A stretch of DNA of 64,000 nucleotides from Leptonemataceae bacterium (GTDB lineage Bacteria; Spirochaetota; Leptospiria; Leptospirales; Leptonemataceae): contig OZ245742.1 of NCBI GenBank assembly GCA_965227295.1, forward strand, positions 1,952,001 to 2,016,000, written 5' to 3'. This document shows positions 1 to 10,020 of the stretch, one piece after another (the first letter of the stretch is position 1; each line of letters begins with the position of its first letter). A model generated the notes under the pieces. That model saw only the letters and a list, made by a program, of their open reading frames with translations. It had not been told where the DNA came from and searched no databases. The position numbers were made by a program, and so were the translations under genes.

Positions 1-908
1 TGTAATCTTAAGACCTTGCCCTGTTGGATGTTTTCGTTCGGATACAGCACCTTGGAAATCGTTTCGCTGCGTTGCTTGTCTTCGACGGCGCGGATGTAGT
101 CGCCGTGATTGAAGTAATCGAAGTTGAACTCGGAACTGGCCCGGGACGCCCACAGGCGTAGATGATTTACCGTGCGCGTATCGAAGCCGGGCTGCAAAAT
201 ATCGTAAGCGTGAGCCTGCACGACCTCGCCGGGGATCCAGCGTGAGCGCACCACGCCCGCGTCGTCGACGTAACGTTCGGTATAACCGTAGAACTGAACC
301 GGAAAGCTGAGATCCGCGCGATGGATCTCCCAGGGATTGCCGCGGTTCAGCCATTCGTCCGGCGCTTCTTTCTGATAACCGTCGACGATCTGTTGATGAA
401 AGATGCCGAACTCGTAACGAATGCTCGCGCCGCTGCCGGGCAAATCCAGGCTGGCCAAACTTTCCAGGAAACACGCCGCGAGACGCCCGAGGCCGCCGTT
501 GCCCAGGCCGGCGTCCGGTTCGTACTGCGCAATCTCGTCCAGATCGTATCCGAAAGAGGCGAGGGTCTTCGCCGCCGCCTCGCGCATGCCCAGGTTCACC
601 AGGTGCGCCGAAAGCAGGCGACCCATCAGAAACTCCATCGATACGTAGTACAAACGTTTCGCTTTGCGCTCGCGAATGAGTGATTGCGTGTGATTCCAGC
701 GATCGATGAGAAAGTCCCGCACGGTATAGGCCAGGGCCTGGTAGATGTCGGCGCCGCTGATGCTGTCCTTGTACTTGCAGACCGTGTACTCCAGGTGATG
801 GACGAAAGCCTTCGTGAGGGAGTCCAGATCGATGTTCGGCTCGCGATCCATCATCTCCCAGAGTTTGCGGCGGGCGGCTTCCGCTTCAGGATGCAGTGTC
901 GTGCTCAT
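1..908 (-). CDS. glgP: Glycogen/maltodextrin phosphorylase, 5' part; runs off the window start
   Basis: Not in the ORF track. Manual translation from ATG 908 gives YYVSMEFLMGRLL, EPDAGLGNGGLGRLAACFLES, IRYEFGIFHQ, LRLWAS and ISKVLYPNE. ATGA overlap with the GH57 stop. Confidence 0.95.
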   Translation of the reverse strand, partial: MSTTLHPEAEAARRKLWEMMDREPNIDLDSLTKAFVHHLEYTVCKYKDSISGADIYQALAYTVRDFLIDRWNHTQSLIRERKAKRLYYVSMEFLMGRLLSAHLVNLGMREAAAKTLASFGYDLDEIAQYEPDAGLGNGGLGRLAACFLESLASLDLPGSGASIRYEFGIFHQQIVDGYQKEAPDEWLNRGNPWEIHRADLSFPVQFYGYTERYVDDAGVVRSRWIPGEVVQAHAYDILQPGFDTRTVNHLRLWASRASSEFNFDYFNHGDYIRAVEDKQRSETISKVLYPNENIQQGKVLRL

Positions 909-2158
909 ACGGGGTGGTTCCTCTTTTTGCTTTCCGGCGCAGGGTGCATGGTGCCCTGGTTTGCTTTCGGCGGCCGGCGACCGTACTTCAACCGTCGTCG
1001 AAAATCCTGCAACACGTTCATGAAGTAAACGTAGGCCTCGTGGGGCGTCTCATAGGGGCTGAAGTACTTGTGCACGTCGCCGTCGTTCCAGTACTTCGTG
1101 CTCATGTAATAAAAATGATCCGACGTTTGCAGCTTGCGAAACGTGTCCAGCAGCGTCGGATCACCGGTGGCGTGCACCCGGTCCTCCATTTCGTAGAGGG
1201 CCGCCGTCGCCTCCCGCTGCATGGAATTTCCCTGCCAGGCGGAAAGGTCGCGTTCGGTGTCGGCCCAGGAGACGGCCTCCTCGCTTTCCACCGCGCCCAC
1301 CGCCGGATAACGGCGCATGCATTCGCTCACGGTGCGGAAATCAAAGTCCGGGTGTCGTTTTACAATCTCGGGCAGGGAGCGCATGAAGTCGAAGATGCCC
1401 GTGTCGGCCCACTGGTGTTCGCCGAAGGTTTCGAAGTCCATGAAGAGATTTACGACGTTGCCGTTGCCGGCCACGGCGTGGGTCCAGCGGCCGAACTTCT
1501 CAGCGGTGAGCGGCCATTCGCTCCACGCCTTCGAAGAAAAACGAAAGGCGATGTCGTCCGAGAGCTGGTAGTTCTTGGTCAACAGCTTGAACGACGGTGC
1601 GCCCCGGGCGTGATAGACGTAGTTCGGCGAGCGCCAGTCCAGCAGTCGTTCCGCGCCTTCGAGCAGCATGCCCTCGAAGCCCATGTTCGCCGCCAGCTCG
1701 GCCGCGTGATTGTTGAAGATCAGCTCGGTGTTGCGAAAGGCCGTGGGGCGAACGCCGAATTCTTTGCGCATGAGGGCGCCGTGCAGGCGGACCTGGGCCT
1801 CGAATTCCCGATCGCTGAAGATCGACGAGAGTGAGTGATAGTAGGTCTCTCCGAGAAACTCCACGCGGCCGGTGTCCGCGAGACGTTTGAAGTTATCGAG
1901 GACCTCGGGCTGCCAGGCGCGCAGCTGCTCGATGAGCGTGCCGGTCAGGGCGAAGGTGCAGCGAAAGTCGGTGTCCTGCTTTTGAATGACGTCAAGCAAG
2001 AGCTCGGTCATGGGCAGATAACACTTCTCACCGACTTTACGCAGGATCCGGCGATTGGCCTCTTCGTCGAAGTAAGAGCCGGAACCGATGTCGAAGAAAT
2101 GGTAGGGACGCAGCCGAAAGGGCTGATGCACCTCAAAGTAGAAGCAGACCGAAATCAT
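905..2158 (-). CDS. GH57 alpha-amylase-like glycoside hydrolase
   Basis: YFEVHQP, ETYYHSL, FRNTELI, LSDDIAFRFS, FMDFETFGEHQ, SWADTERDLSAW and LQTSDHFYYM motifs. Confidence 0.92.
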   Translation of the reverse strand: MISVCFYFEVHQPFRLRPYHFFDIGSGSYFDEEANRRILRKVGEKCYLPMTELLLDVIQKQDTDFRCTFALTGTLIEQLRAWQPEVLDNFKRLADTGRVEFLGETYYHSLSSIFSDREFEAQVRLHGALMRKEFGVRPTAFRNTELIFNNHAAELAANMGFEGMLLEGAERLLDWRSPNYVYHARGAPSFKLLTKNYQLSDDIAFRFSSKAWSEWPLTAEKFGRWTHAVAGNGNVVNLFMDFETFGEHQWADTGIFDFMRSLPEIVKRHPDFDFRTVSECMRRYPAVGAVESEEAVSWADTERDLSAWQGNSMQREATAALYEMEDRVHATGDPTLLDTFRKLQTSDHFYYMSTKYWNDGDVHKYFSPYETPHEAYVYFMNVLQDFRRRLKYGRRPPKANQGTMHPAPESKKRNHPV

Positions 2159-2454
2159 GTTGTACCTCCGCAGGGCGGACGGGCGGCCGGGGTCAGGAAT
2201 GCCCTTCCCGGCCGCACCGGGAGTCTGATTCTACGAACTGGTTATCCGAACGGATGAGTGCAAACGCTCCGAATGTATGTATGTGGCAATTGCCGCCGGA
2301 GTCGTAGTCAATAATTAAATCGTCAGTTTATTTACACGAGAACTATTTTAAAACGGCGCGGCTTTTCTATTCATTATGAGAAAAAGAGTAAGAAGCAAAC
2401 TCAAGCACGCGCATTGAGTTTGCGTCTTAGAACGTTTCTCAAATTGTAGATTCG

Positions 2455-3831
2455 TTATCCTGCGTTCAGTTGATCATAGACGGCTTCAATCTTTTCCGCC
2501 GCGGTGGACCAGGTGATGTTGCGCACCTCGGCCTTGCAGTTGGCCCGCAATTGCACGCGCCCCCGGCTGTCCTGGAGGACCCCCACGATCGCGTCGGCGA
2601 TGGCCTCGACGTCCCAGAAATCCACCTTGATGCAGTTGGAGATGATCTCGCTTACACCGGACTGTTTCGAAACGATGACGGGCACGCCGTGGACCATGGC
2701 CTCCAGCGGCGAAATGCCGAAGGGTTCCGAGACCGAGGGCATCACGTAGAGGTCGCTCATGGCGTAGATGCGTTGTACCTGGTCATGATCGAGGAAACCG
2801 GTGTAGTGAAAGTACTTGCCCACGCCCAGGTCCGCGGCCAGTTCGATCATGCGCGCATACATGTCGCCCGCGCCCACCATCACGAAGCGTACACCCCTGC
2901 CGCCCAAACGTTCCACCACGCGCCGGGCGGCGCGTACGAAGTAGTCGGGGCCTTTCTGGAAAGTAATGCGACCGAGAAACAGTACGATGTGTTCGAGGAT
3001 GGGCCGGTCGTCGACGTGCGTGTCGTCCGGGACGGTGGAGCCCGGGCCGGGATAGGCCGGCACCGGCGCCGCGGCGGTGAGTTTCGGCGGGAGGCTGAAC
3101 TCCACGGCGTTGTGAATGGCCGCAATCTTCTCCGGAGCCACGCCGTAGCGCTCGATCAGAATGTGCTTCGTGTAATTGCTCACTGTAATGACCCGGTCGC
3201 AGGCGTGCAGGGCCGTGCGCTCCAGATCGTAAATGTACTGGTTTACATGTTCACCACTCCGATCAAACTCCGTCGCGTGGATGTGGCAGACCAACGGCAC
3301 GTTCGCCGCGCGGCTGGCGGCCAGGGCGGCGGGAAAGGTCATCCAGTCATGGGCATGCACGACGTCGTACTCGCCTTTGCGGATCAGCAGGCCGGCCAGG
3401 GCGGCGAAGTGATGGATCTCCTCGTACAGGTGATCGCCGTAGCCGCCGCGCAGAAAGGGACTGCCGCCGTCGTCGATTTCCGTGCGTGTGTGCACGGCTT
3501 GCTCTTCGTGTTGGAGCACGGCCGCATGGCTCTGGTGAGTGAGGGAAGTTTCGTAAGGCCGGACTGTGACGCCGCTTTCGGCGAAGTGTTCGATCGCAGT
3601 ATAGTAGGATTTGACCTCGTCCGCGGTGAACAGGGCCCGGCGAGGCGAAAAGATGCGGACCCCGTCCTCGACGTACTCCGCGGCGGCGGCGGAAGGAAGC
3701 AGAAAGTCCACGGAATGGCCGCGGGCCGCCACGGCGCGGGCCAGGCCGCGGCAGGCGATGCCGAGCCCGCCGGTAATGCGAGGAGGGTATTCCCAGCCGA
3801 TCATAAAAATCCTGTGCTTATGCGATTGCAT
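2455..3831 (-). CDS. GT4 glycosyltransferase (glycogen synthase-like)
   Basis: GWEYPPRITGGLG, HAHDWMT, FLGRITFQKGP, MPSVSEPFGISPLEAM. Confidence 0.9.
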   Translation of the reverse strand: MQSHKHRIFMIGWEYPPRITGGLGIACRGLARAVAARGHSVDFLLPSAAAAEYVEDGVRIFSPRRALFTADEVKSYYTAIEHFAESGVTVRPYETSLTHQSHAAVLQHEEQAVHTRTEIDDGGSPFLRGGYGDHLYEEIHHFAALAGLLIRKGEYDVVHAHDWMTFPAALAASRAANVPLVCHIHATEFDRSGEHVNQYIYDLERTALHACDRVITVSNYTKHILIERYGVAPEKIAAIHNAVEFSLPPKLTAAAPVPAYPGPGSTVPDDTHVDDRPILEHIVLFLGRITFQKGPDYFVRAARRVVERLGGRGVRFVMVGAGDMYARMIELAADLGVGKYFHYTGFLDHDQVQRIYAMSDLYVMPSVSEPFGISPLEAMVHGVPVIVSKQSGVSEIISNCIKVDFWDVEAIADAIVGVLQDSRGRVQLRANCKAEVRNITWSTAAEKIEAVYDQLNAG

Positions 3832-3919
3832 CGGAAACCCCTCCGAATTCTGAGACGTGTTGCCCGAGTGCCGTCGAGTGTTTGCGGGTCGTCAATGAAA
3901 AAACACGTTCATCAATCTT

Positions 3920-6061
3920 TTGCGGGAAATTCTCACGGATTTGTCATTTAAGTCCCGCACACTTACTTTCGTCCCGCACGGCGGTCGGCCGTACCCGCCG
4001 GGGGCGACACCGGACCGCGACGGCGGCGGGGTGAACTTCGCCCTGTTTTCGGAGCACGCGGAGTCCGTGGATCTCTGCCTCTTTACCGCGGACGGCCCGG
4101 ACTTCACAGAGAGTCATCGCTTTACGTTGTCGGACTGCGCGGACGGTGTCTGGCACGGCTACGTGCGCGGGGCCGGCCCGGGTACGCTCTACGGCTATCG
4201 GGTGTCCGGTAGCGGGCAGAGTTTCGATCCGAAACTGTTAGCCATCGATCCTTACGCCCGGGAGTTGTTCGAAGATCCCAACGCGGAACGCTATCGTGAC
4301 GGCGGCGGTCCGCCGGCCGTCGTTACGGGGGCCGCCGATTTCGATTGGGGCGATGATCGTCGGCCGGAGACGCCCTGGTCGCGCACGCTGATCTACGAGG
4401 GGCACGTGAAGGGACTGAGCCGGCGCCACCCGGACGTACCGGAAGCGGAACGCGGTCGTTACGCGGGCGTCGCTTCGGATGCGATGATCGCGCACTATCG
4501 CGAACTCGGTGTCAGCGCGGTGGAGTTGTTGCCCGTGCAACAGCACATCGACGAGCCGCATCTCATCGAGCGCAAACTTACGAACTACTGGGGTTACGCG
4601 ACGATCGCGTACTGTGTTCCGGATCTGCGTTACGCAACGAGCGCTGCTTCGGCGGTGCGTGAGTTTCAGGAGATGGTCCGGCGATTGCACGCCGCGGGCA
4701 TCGAGGTGATTCTCGACGTCGTGTTGAATCACAGCGGCGAGGGACCGCGCGAAGATCCCGGCCGTTCGTTTCGCTTGATCGACGATCTGAGTTACTACCA
4801 CACCGTTTCCGCGGAAGACCGCCGTTACTACGATGCGAGCGGTTGCGGCAATACTCTGCGACTTTCTCATCCGCGGGTGTTGCAGTTCGCTCTGGATTGT
4901 TTGCGCTACTGGGCAAGCGTGTTTCACGTGGACGGTTTTCGTTTCGACCTGGCCGCGTGCCTTGGGCGTCGCGGGGAAGAACACGACTTTCGTTTTGATC
5001 CGGGCGCGGCTTTTTTTACCGCCGTCGCCCAGGATCCGATTCTCGCCCCGCTTAAGTTGATTGCAGAACCCTGGGACCTGGGCGCAGACGGCTACCAGAG
5101 CGGAAACTTCCCGGCCCCGTTCTTCGAATGGAACGATCGCTATCGCGACGCGGTGCGGCGTTTCTGGCGCGGCGATGAAATTCCGTTACATGAAACCGCC
5201 GCGCGCCTGGCCGGCTCCGGGGACGTCTTCCCCCGGCGACGGAGTTCCGGCGGCGGCGTGCATACCGGTATCAGCTATGTGACGGCCCACGACGGTTTTA
5301 CGTTGCGCGACCTGGTATCTTACAATCACAAGCACAACGAGGCCAACGGCGAAGACAATCGCGACGGCCATGAAGAAAACCTGAGCTACAACTTCGGCCT
5401 GGAAGGATCGGCGGAGGACAACCTGGAAGTCCAGGAGTTGCGTCGACGACAAATGCGCAATTTCATGGCGACGCTGTTTTTGTCGCGCGGGGTCATCATG
5501 TTTTCGGCGGGCGACGAGTACGGTCGCACGCAGGGCGGGAACAACAACGCCTACTGTCAGGACAACGAGATGACCTGGCTCGACTGGAACCTGGATGGCG
5601 CCGCCCTGGAGTTGCGCTCTTTTGTAAGTGATCTGGCGCGGCTGCGTCGGGAGCAGCGTTCGGTGCGGGAGTTTTTCGTGCACGGGGAGGCGGGCCTCGC
5701 CGGGGAGAACGTGGGCTGGCTCATGCCGTCGGGCGAGGAACCCGGCCATGAAGATTGGGCGCACACGCGGCGTTGCTTCGGGGCGATCTTTTTCCCGGAC
5801 GGCGTCCTGCGGATCGCGGACGGACAGACGGTGCTGCTCGTCCTCTGGAATGTTTCCGATGCGGAGGTCGTCTTTCAACTGCCGTCACATTTGGCTGCTA
5901 AGAATGAATCAACAGAGGTTAGCGCCTGGTTGCGCCTCTTCGATACGGTGCAGCCCGGTTTTGATCGGGCGCGGCACGCGCGTCCCGGAGGAGACGTGTA
6001 TCGCCTGCAGCCTCGATCCATGGCGGCCTTTGTTCCGGAAGGGAACGGGGGGCGCGCGTGA
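3920..6061 (+). CDS. glgX: Glycogen debranching enzyme (isoamylase, GH13)
   Basis: GVNFALFS, NYWGY, DVVLNH, VDGFRFDLA, IAEPWD, YVTAHDGFTL, RTQGGNNNAYCQDN. Start approximate. Confidence 0.93.
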   Translation: MREILTDLSFKSRTLTFVPHGGRPYPPGATPDRDGGGVNFALFSEHAESVDLCLFTADGPDFTESHRFTLSDCADGVWHGYVRGAGPGTLYGYRVSGSGQSFDPKLLAIDPYARELFEDPNAERYRDGGGPPAVVTGAADFDWGDDRRPETPWSRTLIYEGHVKGLSRRHPDVPEAERGRYAGVASDAMIAHYRELGVSAVELLPVQQHIDEPHLIERKLTNYWGYATIAYCVPDLRYATSAASAVREFQEMVRRLHAAGIEVILDVVLNHSGEGPREDPGRSFRLIDDLSYYHTVSAEDRRYYDASGCGNTLRLSHPRVLQFALDCLRYWASVFHVDGFRFDLAACLGRRGEEHDFRFDPGAAFFTAVAQDPILAPLKLIAEPWDLGADGYQSGNFPAPFFEWNDRYRDAVRRFWRGDEIPLHETAARLAGSGDVFPRRRSSGGGVHTGISYVTAHDGFTLRDLVSYNHKHNEANGEDNRDGHEENLSYNFGLEGSAEDNLEVQELRRRQMRNFMATLFLSRGVIMFSAGDEYGRTQGGNNNAYCQDNEMTWLDWNLDGAALELRSFVSDLARLRREQRSVREFFVHGEAGLAGENVGWLMPSGEEPGHEDWAHTRRCFGAIFFPDGVLRIADGQTVLLVLWNVSDAEVVFQLPSHLAAKNESTEVSAWLRLFDTVQPGFDRARHARPGGDVYRLQPRSMAAFVPEGNGGRA

Positions 6062-8166
6062 TCGAAGAGCTGGCCGCAACGTTCGGCATCGTTCCCGAGT
6101 TTACCGAGATCGGCGGCGCGGTGCGACGGGCGTCCCCGGAGGACCTGGCCGCGGTACTCACGGCCATGGGGCTTGACGTAGGCGACGAGGCGGCCATGCA
6201 GCGGGAGTTGTATGATTTTCACCGCCGCAATCAAACCCGGCTCATCGACCCCGTGATCGTGTTTACGCTGGCGGAAGGCCCCGGGCACGAAGATCTCCGC
6301 GTGGAGTTGCGCATCCCGGCGCGCCTGGCCGCGGAACGCTGGGCTTACGAGCTGCAACTGGAGGGCGGCCCGCTGCTGGCGGAGACCGTGGCCGCTGAGG
6401 GCGACGAAACGTTCGAGTTTGATCGACTAACATATGTACGCCGGAGGTTTACGATTGCGCTTGCGCCGCCGGGCTATCACCGGTTGCGCGTATTTCGAGA
6501 GGATTCGTTGCTGGAAGACGGGGACTTCGCCGGGGCCGCGCTGATCGTTTGCCCGCCGACCTGTCATGTGCCGCCGCCGGAGGAACGTCGCCGAATGGGC
6601 GCGGCGGTGCAACTCTACGCCCTGCGGTCCGGGGCAAACTTCGGATCAGGTGAACTTACGGATCTCGAAGGTTTACTGCCCTGGGCGCGTCGTCATAACT
6701 ACGAGGTACTGGCGCTGTCACCCGTGCACGCGCTGTATCCCGCGAACCCGCGGCACGTCTCGCCGTACTCCCCGTCCAACCGGCGGTTCCTGAACATCAT
6801 GTACATGTCACCCCGGCGTTTTCCCGAATGGCACGACGGTCTCGATGCTGCCGGCGTTGCACGGGCCGAAACGGAAAGCCGTGCGGACGGCGGCCCCGGT
6901 CCGATCATCGATTACGCGCAGGCGAACGCACGGCGCCTGGCGTGTTTTGAAAAACTGTACGCGATCTTCGAAGAACGGGGCAGCCCGGACCGGCGCGAAG
7001 CTTTCGAAGCGTATCGGCGCGAGCAGGGCGAAGCGCTCCGGCACCAGGCGTTGTTCGATGTGCTGTACGAACACTTCGTTCAGGAACACGAACCCGCGCT
7101 GTACGGCTGGCGCAATTGGCCCGCGTCGTTTCGCCGCCCGGACGGCCCGGCGGTGCGGGCCTTCGCCGAAGGTCGGGCCGACCGCCTGCGATTTTACGAG
7201 TTCCTCTACTGGAACGCGACTGTTCAGTTAGATGACGTTCGCCGCAAGTTACTGGAACACGGGGTGCGTTTGAATCTGGACCTCGCGGTGGGGGCGGATG
7301 CCTCCGGCGCCGAAACCTGGAGTGCTCGATCGGTCTACGCTCTGCATGCTTCCGCGGGCGCGCCGCCGGACCCGTTTTCCCCGGACGGCCAGAACTGGGG
7401 CCTCGCTCCCATGATCCCGCATCAACTGCGCGAGGAGGCCTATCGTCCGTTCATTGAAGTGTTGCGTGCGAACCTGCCGGAAGACGGCGTGCTGCGTCTC
7501 GATCACGCGATGCAATTGTTTCGACTTTACTGGGCCTGCGACGACGGCCGCGGCGCCTACGTAAGTTATCCTTACGAAGAGTTACTGGCGATCCTGTGTC
7601 TGGAGAGTCGCCGCCGCCGCTGCATGATCATCGGCGAGGATCTCGGCACGGTCCCGGAGAACGTGCGGGCAGAGCTGGCCCGGCGGCAGATCCTCTCCTG
7701 GCGCGTGGCCTACTTCGAAAAAGATTCGGCGGGGGAGTTCGTAGCGCCGGAGGCGTATCCGGAGAACAGCATCGCGACGCTCAATACCCACGACCTGCCG
7801 ACGCTGCGCGGTTACTGGAACGACAGTGACATTCAGCTTCGTGAAAATCTCGGTAAGTTCACCTCCGTGGAAGCGAAGCACGAACGCCAACAACGCCGCG
7901 CGGATCGTCGTCGCCTGCTCGCGGCCCTGGTGGAGCGCGAGTACATCGACGCGGCGACAGCGAAAGCAGGCGAGTCGGAGTTTTCGACGGAGTTGCGCGA
8001 TGCGTTGCACGCGTACCTGGCGGACGCGGGTTCGCAACTGCGCATCTTTTCCCTGCACGATCTGCTCCACGAACATGCGCAGCCCAATCTTCCCGGTACG
8101 GTGCACGAGTATCCGAACTGGAGCCTGAGTTATTCGAAGTCCGTCGAAGAACTTGCGGAAAATTAA
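6058..8166 (+). CDS. malQ: 4-alpha-glucanotransferase (GH77)
   Basis: QLYALRS, SPYSPSNR, DLAVG, GAPPD..GQNWG, LRLDH, IIGEDLG, THDLPT, NLPGT..EYPNW. GTGA overlap with glgX. Confidence 0.93.
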   Translation: MIEELAATFGIVPEFTEIGGAVRRASPEDLAAVLTAMGLDVGDEAAMQRELYDFHRRNQTRLIDPVIVFTLAEGPGHEDLRVELRIPARLAAERWAYELQLEGGPLLAETVAAEGDETFEFDRLTYVRRRFTIALAPPGYHRLRVFREDSLLEDGDFAGAALIVCPPTCHVPPPEERRRMGAAVQLYALRSGANFGSGELTDLEGLLPWARRHNYEVLALSPVHALYPANPRHVSPYSPSNRRFLNIMYMSPRRFPEWHDGLDAAGVARAETESRADGGPGPIIDYAQANARRLACFEKLYAIFEERGSPDRREAFEAYRREQGEALRHQALFDVLYEHFVQEHEPALYGWRNWPASFRRPDGPAVRAFAEGRADRLRFYEFLYWNATVQLDDVRRKLLEHGVRLNLDLAVGADASGAETWSARSVYALHASAGAPPDPFSPDGQNWGLAPMIPHQLREEAYRPFIEVLRANLPEDGVLRLDHAMQLFRLYWACDDGRGAYVSYPYEELLAILCLESRRRRCMIIGEDLGTVPENVRAELARRQILSWRVAYFEKDSAGEFVAPEAYPENSIATLNTHDLPTLRGYWNDSDIQLRENLGKFTSVEAKHERQQRRADRRRLLAALVEREYIDAATAKAGESEFSTELRDALHAYLADAGSQLRIFSLHDLLHEHAQPNLPGTVHEYPNWSLSYSKSVEELAEN

Positions 8167-8203
8167 GTTGCTGCGAGAATCTTACCGGGAACTTTCAACT
8201 ATC

Positions 8204-9364
8204 ATGTCGTTCTTTCACAAGTCCCGCCGCATCTTGCCGTTCGTCGCCGCGCTTCTGCTGGCGTTTGTCGTTCCGGACGTCCGCGCCGAAACCCGGGAGG
8301 CCGCGGACCTGCGCATCACCCTGCGCGTGGCGGAGTACCAGCAGAATCTTTTCACGGACATCGATCGCGAAATCTATCGCGACGAGGAGGTGGGCGATCT
8401 CTTCGACGGCATGTTCGAGCCGGGCGACGCCTACTGCACCATGCTCTTCGGACGTCGCCGCTGGAATAAAGCGGACGGCAGCAAACTCATCGATCCGGAG
8501 CGCTACGACGCGTTTCGCAAGAGTCATCCGAAGAGTTATCTTACGCAGCTCGTGGCCGGGTGCTGGAACTTTTTTACGATGAACGACATTCGGCCGTTCC
8601 TGGATTTCGAACTCGCCCGGGTCCTGTATCCGAACGACAGTTACGATTGTTACAGCGTCGGTTTTATGCAGCCGTACATCATGCACAACATCCTGGGTTG
8701 TCGCAGTTTGCAGATGCTCGACATTGACTGGCGCATTCACGCGGCGCACTGGCAAATGCTCGCGTTGTACCGGGACGCTCGCTTCCAGGACCGTAACATG
8801 GCTTTGCAGGCTATTAAGGAATTGCGGTTAGGCTGGATCGCTTTTAAGCAGGACGGACTGCGTCCGCGCAATCCGGTGAGCCTGGCCTCGCTTTGCCGGC
8901 GCCACGAGTCCCTGTGCCACGATCATCTCGTGCGTTTCCAGGCGAAGATCCGTTCCCTCTCCGACGTAAAGCTCGATCTTGCGGCCCTGCACGACGGGGA
9001 CTACAGCTCCCGGAAGCCGGCGTCGCTCAAGGTCGTGTATCTATCGAACGCCGTCGAGGAAGTCTATACGTCCCGCGATCAGTTCAACCTGTTGCTCGCC
9101 CGCGTGAATGCCGCGCGGCAAAACGGTGAGCGTGCCTTGTTCATCTATCACGCCGCCGGAACGCGGGCCCTGGGTTTCTACGAAATGCGCCGGGACGATT
9201 CCCTCGCGGCGGGCTACGAACTCAAGACGGTCTGCCTGGACAACTACTATCGTCGCAACAAAGAGGGCGAGCGCGAGAGTTACCGGACGTACTTCGAAAA
9301 GATTACCGTTACGAAGAAGCCGCCGCGTTGCCAGGCGGTGTTGAAAAAACAGAAGTTATTGTAA
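8204..9364 (+). CDS. Hypothetical exported protein
   Basis: Long ORF with host-like codon usage and an N-terminal signal peptide (ILPFVAALLLAFVV..VRA). Confidence 0.7.
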   Translation: MSFFHKSRRILPFVAALLLAFVVPDVRAETREAADLRITLRVAEYQQNLFTDIDREIYRDEEVGDLFDGMFEPGDAYCTMLFGRRRWNKADGSKLIDPERYDAFRKSHPKSYLTQLVAGCWNFFTMNDIRPFLDFELARVLYPNDSYDCYSVGFMQPYIMHNILGCRSLQMLDIDWRIHAAHWQMLALYRDARFQDRNMALQAIKELRLGWIAFKQDGLRPRNPVSLASLCRRHESLCHDHLVRFQAKIRSLSDVKLDLAALHDGDYSSRKPASLKVVYLSNAVEEVYTSRDQFNLLLARVNAARQNGERALFIYHAAGTRALGFYEMRRDDSLAAGYELKTVCLDNYYRRNKEGERESYRTYFEKITVTKKPPRCQAVLKKQKLL

Positions 9365-9389
9365 TCCGTATGGTAAATTCCCCACCCGA

Positions 9390-9995
9390 TCAATCCAACA
9401 ACCAGCCGAACTCTTCGCGCAATCGCTTGCGATGTTCGCGATGCTGCGGATCGAAGCGCTCTACGAACGCCCAGAAGTTCCGGTCGTGGCCGAGGTAACG
9501 AATGTGCGCCAGTTCGTGGACGACCAGGTAGCGTCGCAGTTCTTCCGGCAAATGCACGGCGCGTAGATTCAACATGATCGACTGCGAACGATGTGAGCAA
9601 CTGCCCCAACGTGTCGCGGCGCGGCGGAAACGCAGGCGCCAGGGAGGTACGCCCATCTGCTTCGCCAGTTCGCGCAGCAACGGTTCGAAGATGGTCCTGG
9701 CCTGGGCGAGCGCAGGTTCCGCCGGGCGTTCGTTAGAGCCGCGGCGCCGTTGATCGTTCTTCCGCAACCGGCGTTTGATGAAGCGCTGGTGCTTGCGCAA
9801 GAGCGTCGCGGCGAAGGCCTCGTTTTCGTTCTCGACGTCGCCCACGGTAATCTCCACGACGTTGTCGCGATTCACACCCAGGCGGTAGCCGCCGCCCTGA
9901 AACTTGCAGTCGAAGTGAATGACGTAGTCGAACTCGAAGTCCGCGAGCCCGCGGATTTTCGAGATCGACTCGCTGTGCGTCGCCGTGCGGCTCAT
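9390..9995 (-). CDS. YgjP/DUF45 (M48-like) zinc metallohydrolase
   Basis: TRWGSCS, YLVVHELAH..GHDRNFW. Confidence 0.85.
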   Translation of the reverse strand: MSRTATHSESISKIRGLADFEFDYVIHFDCKFQGGGYRLGVNRDNVVEITVGDVENENEAFAATLLRKHQRFIKRRLRKNDQRRRGSNERPAEPALAQARTIFEPLLRELAKQMGVPPWRLRFRRAATRWGSCSHRSQSIMLNLRAVHLPEELRRYLVVHELAHIRYLGHDRNFWAFVERFDPQHREHRKRLREEFGWLLD

Positions 9996-10020
9996 CCTGC
10001 TAACTTATGCGCGACGTGAA

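Noticed and set aside
2470..3951. 493-aa + strand ORF, and similar long antisense ORFs (e.g. 13408-14664, 44541-45683, 57416-58393)
   Set aside because: Shadow frames opposite well-supported genes, expected in GC-rich DNA
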